Positions 53,292-64,000 of a DNA stretch of 64,000 nucleotides are shown one piece after another (position 1 is the stretch's first letter; each line of letters begins with the position of its first letter). The stretch comes from Phallusia mammillata (taxonomy: Eukaryota). The notes below the pieces were generated by a model. It was not told the DNA's origin. It was given only the letters and a program-made list of their open reading frames with translations, and did no database searches. The position numbers were made by a program, and so were the translations under genes. The DNA lies in NCBI GenBank assembly GCA_965637545.1, contig OZ281500.1, positions 2,604,001 to 2,668,000 of the forward strand. Direction: 5' to 3'.

Positions 53292-53391
53292 ATGGGTTGT
53301 TCCCATAGCATTGCTAATGACCATCCTACTAAATTCAAAGCAAAGAATCTCAATGAAAAGGACAAATCGGTCAACTCTGTGTTCATTGAAG
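53292..53391 (+). CDS. FRS2: FRS2/FRS3 (FGFR substrate adaptor) coding exon 1
   Basis: MGCSHSIANDHPTKFKAKNLNEKDKSVNSVFIE: MGxxxS myristoylation signal and start of the IRS-type PTB domain. Exon acceptor at 53140-53141; donor G|gtgagg. Confidence 0.92.
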
Positions 53392-54014
53392 GTGAGGTGT
53401 TCTAAACAATGTAAAGGGTTTTTGCGTTTCATAGTCAATGCCCTAGCTTAAGGGCAATTTTACAAAAAGTTTATTTATACATATGTCATATGCTAATGCT
53501 TTTTAAAACCAACCAATAGATCAGGTGGTGTATTGGAATTGACTGTGCTTCAACAAAATTTTGAAAAGTTTTCGGCAATACAATGGGGGCATTAAAATCA
53601 ATACATTAGGACCATTTAAATAGTGATGATGGACACAGTAGTATCACTTATGCTGGCAAATCAATTAATGTCAGAACTGGGCTGTTTTCTTTTTATCTGC
53701 CCCTTTGTTACAAAATGAGGTTGGCCTTTTCCGCTTGGTCAGTCATGAATAGATTTAAAGCCTTTTGTTGATCCCTGTGGCTTCTTTCTGCAACTTTCCA
53801 ATGGTTGCTTTTGCACAAACTTTGTCCTTTTCTATGTGTGTGTTCACCACTTTACCAAGGGTGTTGGCAAGTTTAGGTTGTAAACTTCACTAATCACTTA
53901 AGGAGTTAAATGTTGACACTGCAAAAAAATAAATAGGGACTATTTAAGTAAGTTCCTGCAGGCATAATGCTGCTTTTAATAACAGCATTTCACCAAACTT
54001 TTTTTCTGTTGCAG

Positions 54015-54152
54015 TACAAAACAAAAAGATTGTGGTCCATAGTCGAAATAACAAGGAAATGGCATCTTGGCCAATATCTTGCCTTCGAAGATATGGATGC
54101 ACACAGGATCTACTTTTCATTGAAGCAGGCAGTGGATGTGATACTGGTCAAG
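54015..54152 (+). CDS. FRS2: FRS2/3 exon 2 (PTB core)
   Basis: ...WPISCLRRYGCTQDLLFIEAGSGCDTGQG versus human WHYLCLRRYGYDSNLFSFESGRRCQTGQG. Phases 1/1. Confidence 0.95.
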
Positions 54153-54469
54153 GTAAACAACATAATAATCATATTCTTACAGGTTTGTACAAAATATAAA
54201 ACCAGAACCAGTCTTGAGATTGCTTTTACCTTTATTTCACCCAATTGAGGACCTAGGTCTGTAATACAACTATGCTAGCTTAAAGTTATGAAAACAAAAC
54301 CTGTCTTGCCTTAATCATACAAAAACTATTATATTTCTATGGGCTTAACATACCCCTGTCATACGGTACTCATAAATAAAGATTATCGAAATCTGTAACA
54401 CAATGCATTTAGACTTTTCTTTCAGATTTTTATTCCACACACAAACTAACCATCAATGTTTTTCTGTAG

Positions 54470-54613
54470 GAATGTATCTGTTCAAATGCACGCGAACTGA
54501 CCAAGTGTTTGAGCTGCTTAAGCAGAAATGGAATGACATCCAACAGGAACATGAACGAAATATGTCCAGCGGTGCCCAGCTCATGCAGTTCACCACAATT
54601 CCACCACAGACAG
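54470..54613 (+). CDS. FRS2: FRS2/3 exon 3 (PTB C-terminal helix)
   Basis: GMYLFKCTRTDQVFELLKQKW versus GIFAFKCARAEELFNML. Phases 1/1. Confidence 0.93.
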
Positions 54614-56727
54614 GTATTAAAAAGTGATGGTTAACTGTAAGGACCTACTTAGCATTACTATTACAGAGCTACTGTTCTGCATTTGTTCTAATTTCCTGGA
54701 TTAAAAACATCATGTCTTAATTATTGCCCCAAAACGTAGTGTTTGCTGAGTATTTTGCGTCACATTTATAACAGCATTTTTGCAATGCTATTTTCTTGCA
54801 AAGCATGCTATACGAAAAAAGGGGTCAAAAACATTGCGTTGTTTCAAATTCTTTGTTTTCCTTTTGACGAGTTTTGACTGAGTCACACTAGTGGCCAAAC
54901 TGGTTTGAAGGCATGCGCGGAGAAGGCACGAAATCCAGTCATTCTTCGCTTGCGCGGATTAGTAACTGAGTTAGAGTTGCACCAAACAGACAGGCGTGTT
55001 AAATCGATATTTTTGATCTCAAACAACCCCTGTGTTACCCAGATAGGCATATATGATTTTTGACGTCTTGCGTTAGATGCATGATAGAAAAATAACACAG
55101 TGATCTTGCCAGGGACAATACGGTATTATGTAATTCCATGTAACCAGTATAGTCAACGATTTTACAAAAAAAGCGTGATCATGTACAAATACATCTGTTC
55201 ACATTGTACACTAACGTCAGTTGAACACGCCTTTGCTAACTATTTTCGTTTTTGCAATTTTTTTTTACCAATATCGCATGTTCGGTTTATTTTTTATTAC
55301 AGTATTCTACACGGATTTTAAATGGCTACAAATTACTTCTATTGTATAAACAAAACTAGAAACCGTATTTAAAAAGCAATTTAAGGCGATTTTTTTACTT
55401 CCGGAAAGTCGTGTTCAATTTCCAAACAAACGTTACTTGAGGAAGTCGCAATCAATGCAACGTATAAAGTGAATCGTATGTTGGTGTAGGCGCCTGCGGT
55501 GGTGCAATACAAGTGCCTCGGGTTCTTATCGCAAAAGTTTTCATTTCTCTCGATTGTATCTTCAGCTAATCAAAGTGGTTTCGACGCCAGCCTCCGTTAT
55601 GCAAACGCACGTATGGGTTTGGTTTCAGATTTTACTCGATTTGCATTTCAGTCATTTTTGCTGCCATTGGAAATGTTTGCCAAGATTTAAGTGGACGCAG
55701 CATTAAATTGTAGTTGTTTTTTATCTTTGCGCTACGCATCGCTTGATACGTACATGTAGGATACATTGCCTCACCAAAGAAAAAAAATGGTCAAAAAATG
55801 AAATCATTTTGTGAAAAAAATTACAAACCAAATTTAACAGTATGAAATTACCTCCAAAGAAAACTATGTACTGTTGCTTGTGTGTTGTGCAGTAGAAACG
55901 CAAACACTGTTGTCATTAGCCCATCATTTAATCAACCTTGCACGCAACATTGACTTGCGGTTATAAACTGAATTAATTTCGCTTTTTGATGACCATTAAC
56001 TGGGTTGTCGCGTAAAGTATGCAAAATTTCGATGGGTAGGCAATTTGTGTTGGACACAATGTGACCAATCTGACCTATTTTAATAACGTAAAATATTAAC
56101 TGGCGAGCGAGTACGGTAGGCTTAGGTAATATAACATCGTTCAAACTCTATCGTTTTGTTTTTTCTTTGTGTGAACAGTATTTAGCAAAAGTAAACACGT
56201 TTCGTGGTCCCAACGCATATGCTAATCAGTTTTTACGGTAAATCTCAAACACAAATGTAACAAAGAATTTTTCCTTGTCGGGTTGTTACTTAATTTGGCT
56301 ATGTGGTGTGCTTACAAAGCGACATACACGGTTTCAATGCCCAGCGGCAGAATAACTCGCGAGCTTAATTACCGCTTGTGTTCTGATTTACCGAGATTCG
56401 ACTTGGTTTTGCGAACTCAAAATCAGCGATACGTTTTATGTTCGAGCCATTTTTAAAAAAAAATTCTGTTAAAATTCGAACACGGCAATTAAAAACTACC
56501 TAACTTGAAACACAAGTCATTTTGTTAACATTTTACGTGTAATATTTATGTGTCTAGTGTGTTGGCAGTGCAAAAATTACAAAAATGAATACCTACACTA
56601 GTTATGCAAGTGCTTCATTTTATTGTTAAGGGTTTAAGGTTGATTTCCAATCATAGCCTTAATTGGCAATTTAGGCTTGTCCAGTTATTTTTTGGCTATT
56701 CCTTTACTCTTATTTCTTTTGTTGCAG

Positions 56728-56925
56728 TGATTACTCCACACAACAACAAGTATTACAACACGAACAACACAAATAACTCCGACCGCCACATGTCGTCGAA
56801 CGGTTCAAACGGAAGCAATTACGCCAACGGGAGTGTACAGGGCTTTGCGTCCCTCTCATCACCCCACCAAACCCCAGGTCCTAACACTCCATTACCCCGG
56901 GGCAGCACCTCCTCGCAACGAGCAA
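56728..56925 (+). CDS. FRS2: FRS2/3 exon 4
   Basis: Acceptor gttgcAG, donor A|gtaagt. Grb2-type YYN and YAN motifs, plus PxTP. Confidence 0.88.
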
Positions 56926-57595
56926 GTAAGTCTAAATTGTAACTGGGTTGGCGAAAAAACATGAGCTAGGTGCTCGATTTTGATTTTGTCCAGCAACTAT
57001 TTTGCGCAAGGGATTTCGCGTGTTAAATGTAAGATTCTATGCAATCGTTTTGAACGCCCATTTTTGTGCATTTGAATTGGACTACAACAGCTTCCTATAA
57101 ATGCCCCTTAAAAACACAAAGTTTTATTCAAGAAAAATTGCTCTCATTTTACAACCAAAATAATGTCAAACATGGTCAAACCCATCGTCGTGTTTCCTGA
57201 AGGCTTATCGAGGGGCCAATAAATGTTTTCAAAATAGAATTTATCTGTTTCGGTTAAAACTTGAATGACCTTGACGAGCAGTACATGAAGAATTTTGTTG
57301 TGCAAGCAGATTCTGTCGTGAATGTTTTATCAAGACCTTATCGTGCCTCGTGCATGCATTGTAGAGTTTATTGTTGTTGGCATGAAAGATGTTGAACCAA
57401 GTTATAATTGATTTCATAACAGTCTGGTACAATTGCGTGGGTGCATGTCTAAACAAATCGTTTTCTCCGCAATAATGCAGTAGTTACGTAACGTGGTTGA
57501 AAATAAAAACAAGTTTTATTCGATATCTCCTAAATATTCATTTTAAAGTTTTGCTTATGAAATCATCTTTTTAACCTCTTGCGTTTACGTCACAG

Positions 57596-57687
57596 CCGCG
57601 CTGGAGTCTCTACCAGAAGATGCTGCTTTGAGACTAGACGGTCCTGCCCAGCCTTTCCCCCTTCAACCAGCCCCAACCTGTAGACAG
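57596..57687 (+). CDS. FRS2: FRS2/3 exon 5
   Basis: Acceptor cacAG, donor CAG|gtgagc. Converts phase 1 to phase 0, as required to join exons 4 and 6. Confidence 0.82.
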
Positions 57688-58113
57688 GTGAGCAGTTTTA
57701 AATGTGTTCCAGATTTTCGCTGGATCACAGCCTGGCGTAACGTGTAGCGTAAAACAAAAGATAGATTGTTGCTAGAACTTTATACTATGTTCCGTCAGTG
57801 TTTATATTCGCGAAACTCCGTGAGTACACTGAACGCTATGTTAGAAGCACTTTGTGGCCCACATCAATTTTTGTGCAGCATAGATTTTCCTTGTCCGGGT
57901 TGCACTAACCGCCTTTGCGTACCAAAAAATCGAGACTATTTACTCTTTGGCGACATATAGTGGTTAATAAAATGGTTAACCCAGTAGAGTAGAGTTGCTT
58001 CTCTTGTTTTGAGCGCATAGTCTTTAAACTAATGCAGTTTTCATATCAGCTAACCGTATTTGGCATTATGTCTTTAATTTGTTTTTGCTTAAACCCAATT
58101 CTTTTTCATCCAG

Positions 58114-59088
58114 GAAATGGTGAAACGACGTCGCATCAACAGTGACATGGTGGCTTCCTACAACCGAAACACCGACCGTGTGACGATACAAAACACACAA
58201 CGTCACAACAGTGAAAGTGCAAACTACGAAAACAATGACGTCATCGACGCGCATTCCAACAGCTACCCGCGACGTCATCACGTGACGTATAACTCGCGCA
58301 CGCAACAAGCTCAAATCAGCGCCGACCAATCAACGAGTACCACACCGGAAAGTGGTGAAACAAAACGCGGCGACTCCACCACTCTATCCCCTGACGTCAT
58401 CGATTCTGTCAGTCGTGACGTCAGCACTATGTCACTCCGCTCCGATTGTGAGCCATTGTTGACTCCGGGCAGTAACGGTACATCAGGCATCGGGAGTTTG
58501 AACGGGAACGGCTGCACGCTGTCGTCAACACAAAACCCCCCGCCCGTCCCCCCTCACCCCCCAGTTACGTCACTGGTCGGCGATCCGTGGAAGAAACAAT
58601 CCAACTTTCCTCACAATCGCTTCATTCACCACCATCACCATCATCCTCACCACAGGATGTCGCCAAACTACCCGCAGTCAGCGTGCGAGTATGTGAACAC
58701 TGTCAACGCGAGTATGGACGTGTCGGGAACTCCTCTGCCTGCCACCGCCAAAGCGATGGGAACACATTTCTCATTTGACTTTGACCACCTGCTGCCAAGG
58801 TCAAGGCACCAGCACGACAGATACAAACTGAACTATGTGCCGGTGGAAGCTTTCAGCAGCCTCGAGAATGACTTTAACTGCGGTGCGTCGTCTGCCTCAT
58901 CGGGAATCCCCGGTACCCCGCGCACCCCTAAAACCCCGAAGACCCCAATACAGAGCCACCCTTCCACCGATTACGCGCTCATTGATCACGCGAAAACGCG
59001 CGCCCTCTCAAATATACACAAAGCCAGACAGCGTGAACGTAAATCCCGACACGAAAGCACAGAAGCCGGGCTTATGAACGGCGTTTGA
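58114..59088 (+). CDS. FRS2: FRS2/3 last coding exon
   Basis: YEN and YVN (Grb2), LNYVPVE and DYALID (SHP2-type), ERK cluster PGTPRTPKTPKTP, and a C-terminal RKSRHES typical of FRS2. AATAAA at 59926. Confidence 0.95.
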   Translation, partial: EMVKRRRINSDMVASYNRNTDRVTIQNTQRHNSESANYENNDVIDAHSNSYPRRHHVTYNSRTQQAQISADQSTSTTPESGETKRGDSTTLSPDVIDSVSRDVSTMSLRSDCEPLLTPGSNGTSGIGSLNGNGCTLSSTQNPPPVPPHPPVTSLVGDPWKKQSNFPHNRFIHHHHHHPHHRMSPNYPQSACEYVNTVNASMDVSGTPLPATAKAMGTHFSFDFDHLLPRSRHQHDRYKLNYVPVEAFSSLENDFNCGASSASSGIPGTPRTPKTPKTPIQSHPSTDYALIDHAKTRALSNIHKARQRERKSRHESTEAGLMNGV

Positions 59089-60864
59089 CGTAATCATTCA
59101 TGACACGTCACTTTTTGAAGGCGCCATCAAGTGTTGGAATGCGTTCTTGAGCTGCCAGAGAAAAGCGTCAACTCGCCAGTGGGTGAGGTCACGAGGTCGA
59201 TGCCGTCACTTTGGGCATGACGTCACTATCGGTCGGCTGCTAACCCTCACCGTCGGCAATTGGCTGAACTGCCAGGTGTTGCTGCGTTGTTTTTCGTTCC
59301 TTACAGATCTTACTTTTTGTTCTTTTCTTTGCTGCTTTTCGACTATTACGTCATCGGTGCCTATTCGTTAAAATTCCACGTGGTTTATTCATCGTCGTGC
59401 AGTGGCTCCCCTCGGTTTGGGTGTCTGCTCACTTTTCGTTCTGTTACACAATTTTGGTGCTAAACTGAGAATCCTTTCACATTTCCGCATATTGCCAACT
59501 CCATAAACAGGTGCCTTTCAGCACATACACGTAACATGTGCTTACCGCGAAATTCAATCCGCTGAAACCATTTCCCACCAAATTTTTACCCGCTTTTTAC
59601 TTTTACACCACCGATTGTCGAACGTCGTCCTTTGACGTAACCCACTCGAGGCTCTGCCTTTACGCTCTTACACTGCCTTACGTGCACGCGCTAATTGCTA
59701 CTGTTCAATCCGATCAGCGCAACGCTCGTTTTACGACGATAAGTTACTTTTGGAGAAGTGGAAGTTTAAGTTCACGTGACATGATCGCGATTTCCACAAC
59801 AAGGTTCATATTTTTTTGCGCGCGTGCTCGTAGTCTCGTCGCAGTCGTGTTACTTATTTGTCTTGAAGTACTGATTTTCCTCTCTTTCCTGCCTCTGTTG
59901 TTTTTAAACCGCTCCATTCGTTTTGAATAAAATAATTTCGTTTTAACGATGTGTTCCTTGATCTAAGTCTACTTAAAAAATATCTGCACTCGGTTCTTTA
60001 TTGAAAAATTGAGTCACTAAAAAGATGAACAATAAAAAACAAAACAAACAAATGAAGAAAATACTCTTCTTTACAATAAACTATTGTTCAATGTCTCTGT
60101 TTGATTGAGTCCAATTACACAAAATTTTGAGCAACTCAAATTTGGACTACAACTTAACATGTATTATTAAACAAATCTCTTATTCAGAAAAAACTTGGAC
60201 ACAAAAAAATCACTTTAGTAGCACAATTTCATCAAATAAATACACAAACATGCCAATTGTGTGGGTTAATTTAAATCTGCCAGGGGCTGAAAATAAAAAT
60301 AAATTGGTAACATTTCATATTTTATTCTGGCACGTATACTGATTGTATGTTTCCTAATACCAAGGCACTTTTTCGGTCATTTTGCAATCTGCACATGATT
60401 CTGAATTTCGTAAAACAGTCCAAAACAATTGCATCATTAAAAAGTGTACAGTTAACTGAGATTGTTTTGTTTTTGGTTCGGGACAGGAATGCATATCCTT
60501 TACTTGACTTCAGATTCGATCCAATTAATGTAAGGGTGGCCACATGCAGAGATATTGAAAAACCATGATGTGATAATTTCTTTGGTGGGCATGTTTTTTA
60601 TGAGTAAAATTTAGTGCATCACTTGGAAATTACACATAGCATACTTTTTTCACTTGTTAGTTTGCAACCAGTGGTCTAAAAGTGTACTGATAAGTTGTTA
60701 TTTTCTCTGCACAATAACTAGTATGATAAAGAAGCCATGGAATCAACATAATAAAGCAAAACGAACTGCAAAAACAACAGCCAACTTTCTGGATGCGGCA
60801 GGTTTGCAGACAATGGATTCCCCAAACTGGTGATAAGGATTGACAGACAGAGGTATTACTGCTG

Positions 60865-60925
60865 TCAAAGATAGATTTGTTCTGAGTTGACAGAGTCCAT
60901 AAAAGGTCGAACAACATAATCCGTG
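60865..60925 (-). CDS. PSEN: Presenilin last exon
   Basis: (S)TDYVVRPFMDSVNSEQIYL* matches the presenilin C-terminus. Confidence 0.93.
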
Positions 60926-61318
60926 CTGCAAAAAAAGGACAATTATACATCACTGTATTTTTTGTTTCTCAACCAGTTCATTTTAAACAATGAACTTAAT
61001 TGAAGAAGATTGAGCTTAATCTGCTAACCACATTTCTGTAAGTGCGATCTGAATAAAAGGTAAAATACAGACACGGCCATGGTTATACAAGCAATTGTCT
61101 ACTGCTTTTGAATACTGTAGTATGCTGACTCCAGCAAAATACATTTTGCCAAGCTTGTTTGTGCAATTAACTGGATTATTTAATTAACCAGACTTTTTTC
61201 TAGTTACCTAAACAAATACTTAAGGTTTACAATCTCTATGCAAGTAATTGGGTTTGTCCGTATCCACGCTTTGGTGAAAGAGAATTAAGCAAAAAATAGT
61301 GAAACAACTTCAACTTAC

Positions 61319-61486
61319 CTAAAATAAAATATAAGTCCAAATGTGATGGATATAGGAAGGGCTGGTAAAGCTTTTCTGTATATAGCAAGAAGTATGAGTG
61401 TGAGTGAAAGACCGATAAGCACTGCTACAAAGCAAGCGATTGTTGTGTTCCAGTCACCAGATGCTGAAGCTTTTCCAACAAGGACG
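61319..61486 (-). CDS. PSEN: Presenilin exon (TM7-TM9, PAL motif)
   Basis: [26 protein letters not shown]...[18 protein letters not shown]. Confidence 0.97.
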
Positions 61487-61926
61487 CTAAATAGAAAATG
61501 GCATTTATGAGTTTTCATTTGTTTTGACAAAGTATATGCATTGATGTGCCATGAAGTGATGCATTTAAGTGGTGGTTCTTTACCATTGGGTAATAAATTG
61601 AAAATTTAGTGTAGTTTTCAGGATTATGGTGTCATTAAACATAAATATGGTTATAGTAAGTTTTTATTTGGTTTTAGCATCACAGGGCTGTTAATATCTG
61701 TTCCCAAGTTTATATTTATCTAAAGTCATTAGGATGTTAAAGGTATTTTTTTTATATCTGCCAGCTTAAAAAGGTTAAAAACTACTCATTTAAAGTAAAC
61801 TGTGTAATTCAGTTGAAGCAAATCTTTTAAAAGTTAGTTATAGAAAGTGTATGCTTCATATATTTGTTCCAAAACTGCAAAACAGCAACTTTGGGCAGTC
61901 AGGAATTGTGGCACTGAATTTGTTAC

Positions 61927-62051
61927 CTGTAAAATATGAAGTCACCAAGACCCAGTTTTACTCCTTTATCTTCTGGTTCAGATGCTTCCGGTAAAGGTCC
62001 ATGTTCTGCTCGAGCTTGTTCCCTTGTTTCATTCGATGTACGAATCTCAAC
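61927..62051 (-). CDS. PSEN: Presenilin exon with catalytic GxGD
   Basis: ...EDKGVKLGLGDFIFYS. Confidence 0.97.
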
Positions 62052-62459
62052 CTTGAAGTTGACATTACAAAAATGATTTGAAGAACTGCATCAAACCAAG
62101 CATTGGTAATTCAATCCTCGCACATCAAGAACCAGTGGGCAAACATATTACTTGATGTATACTGTGCATTAAAGCTGCAACTACAATAGCTGGGGATGGG
62201 TTAAGTCTATAGCATTGGGCATCCAACAAATTTTGAGTTTGGAGCGAAAATGTTTGCAAATTCTCTGGTGTTTGGAAAGTGTTGCTTAATTCAGCACTAA
62301 GCACTGAAATGGTACTGGTTTAAGCCAGCCCATTTATAACAACACCACAAACAAACACAACAAAACAGGACAAACTACAACTGTCTGCTTGCATTTCATG
62401 CATGACAACAACTGAAACTGTTTCATGCATTACATCTATTTACAAGCAGTTAAACTGAC

Positions 62460-62567
62460 CTGATCTGGGTTTGGACTGACCTCATTTTCCCGGTCCTGCC
62501 TCCAGGCAACGTCGAATCCAGCAGCCGAAGCGTCAGTGGTCTCAGTAGCATCAGACGTTGTACGGCC
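62460..62567 (-). CDS. PSEN: Presenilin cytoplasmic loop exon
   Basis: GRTTSDATETTDASAAGFDVAWRQDRENEVSPNPDQ, phases 0/0. A second possible donor lies after 62481. Confidence 0.85.
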
Positions 62568-62837
62568 CTGATAAAATATAGTAAGTAGTCCAAAATTTAA
62601 TTTTGTTGAAGTTGTTGCAGGCAAATTTGTTTTAGAAAGCAACAAGACACATAATAATCTGAATTTTTCCGAAGCTTTTGATCAAAATAAATAGAAAACT
62701 GAAAATGTTCCCACAATTTTATCAAACTAAGTGAACTTAGGATAAAGTGATTAAGAAATCTGGATTAGGGAAGGTTAGCTGTATTTTTCTTTATAAGGTT
62801 GTGTTTGACAATACAGCCACAGTATATGCTTTCCCAC

Positions 62838-62959
62838 CCTTTGGTTGGGATCTTCTTGAGCCATTCCAACAGTCCACATCATTCCTGACGAGTAGATCAA
62901 AGCGGGAAACAATGGTTCATTTCGCTCTTGTGCCAATTCAACCAACATTCTTAGTGGAC
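62838..62959 (-). CDS. PSEN: Presenilin exon (endoproteolysis region)
   Basis: [34 protein letters not shown]. Confidence 0.95.
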
Positions 62960-63283
62960 CTTGAGAACATAAGACAGTTTTTTTAACATGAACCCAATAA
63001 GTTTAAAAAAGAATATTGCTTAGCCCAGTGCACTCAATTATTCATAGGTCAAAACTTGAAGGTTTGTATTAGACTAAGTCCTAAGCTCTGTATTTAATGG
63101 TGTATGCAAGTGTAGCAACCATATGCATGATGAAACTTGGTCTTGTGGCAGAATGTTTTGGTATCTTGTATATATATTAAATATATTTTAAACCATTGAT
63201 TAATGTTATCTAAATTTCTGGACTTACAACCTGAGAATGGCAGTCATAGTATCACATGTTCTGACCATTAAAATGTACAATAC

Positions 63284-63430
63284 CTGCTGGACAAAGCACA
63301 GCAATCAGATCATAGATGGAAATAAAAGCAAGAATAACCCAGGCTGTCCATTCGGGAAGATATTTTATAAATACAAGAGCCATCAAGGCAGACACCACGA
63401 TTAGGTAGGCTTGCTGCAATAGCAGTGGTC
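63284..63430 (-). CDS. PSEN: Presenilin exon with catalytic YD (TM5-TM6)
   Basis: [49 protein letters not shown]. Confidence 0.97.
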
Positions 63431-63724
63431 CTTAATAAAAAAAACATTATTATATATACATACAGCAAACCAAAGTTCAACCTAAGTCTGTTAATCTGGA
63501 CAATCAAACGGTTTTAGATTAACCATAGTGTACTGTATATATGTAAAGACTGTATGGGCCAGTACAGAACAAAAAAACAAACAAGTTAGTTCAAAATCTT
63601 TTCCTTAGCATACAAATCAAATACTAAAACTTGGAAAATATTCTGCTTAATAGCAAGTAAACATATGGCAAAATGGAGTTCTTATTAATCAGAATCACAT
63701 GTAATAAAACTGTACAACCCTCAC

Positions 63725-63903
63725 CTTTCCAATGGATACAAATCATTCCAACAACACCAAAGTTCCATAAGACAATTGCCAGGGTAATAAAATCCATCGC
63801 AGCATTATATGCTCGCAAAACTTCAACCAAGTAAAGATAGGCAAAAAGAAACAGCAAAAGGAACGAAGACAAAATTAACCAGCCATGGATGAACTTGTAA
63901 CAC
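63725..63903 (-). CDS. PSEN: Presenilin exon (TM3-TM4); the gene continues beyond the window
   Basis: [20 protein letters not shown]...[16 protein letters not shown]. Confidence 0.97.
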
Positions 63904-64000
63904 CTAAAGCATTTTCGGAAATTAAATAACATATTCACATATATGCACCCAATATTAGAGTGAACTATAAAGCAATTTACAGAGACAAGAACAGTGCACA

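Noticed and set aside
57657-57671. ccccttcaaccagc matches the 3' part of miR-133
   Set aside because: The seed (TTGGTCC) is absent, no hairpin partner arm was seen, and it lies in an FRS2 coding exon (PFPLQPA).
1-64000. CRISPR arrays, operons or prokaryotic defence systems
   Set aside because: The sequence is spliceosomal-intron-containing animal DNA. The only direct repeats seen are short 2-copy tandem duplications.

Overview
This is eukaryotic, intron-containing, AT-rich DNA, almost certainly from an ascidian tunicate: the MRF has the very long N-terminus ([10 protein letters not shown]...) typical of ascidian MyoD orthologues. Three genes could be spliced by hand with consistent GT-AG phases. 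(1) The myogenic regulatory factor Mrf: minus strand, 3 coding exons, ~562 aa. (2) An FRS2/3 FGFR adaptor: plus strand, 6 coding exons, ~548 aa. (3) The 3' seven exons of presenilin: minus strand, running off the right edge. Mrf is flanked by two apparently broken genes, a divergent class A GPCR (~100-2409) and an HHAT/HHATL-like MBOAT (~14.0-15.4 kb). A candidate 114-aa orphan gene lies divergent from Mrf. About 37 kb (16-53 kb) has no convincing CDS but holds promoter-like first exons, a hairpin-rich CpG-poor island, hAT MITEs and a decayed Penelope-like element. The most notable observations are: loss of the second phosphotyrosine-binding Arg in the FRS2 PTB domain; strong enrichment of TGACGTCA (CRE) palindromes inside coding exons, tracking CpG-rich versus CpG-poor domains; three possible routes to a Helix-III-less MRF; and an EBF/E-box cluster upstream of Mrf. 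I did not find a clearly new multi-gene system. All homology calls come from remembered motifs, not database searches.
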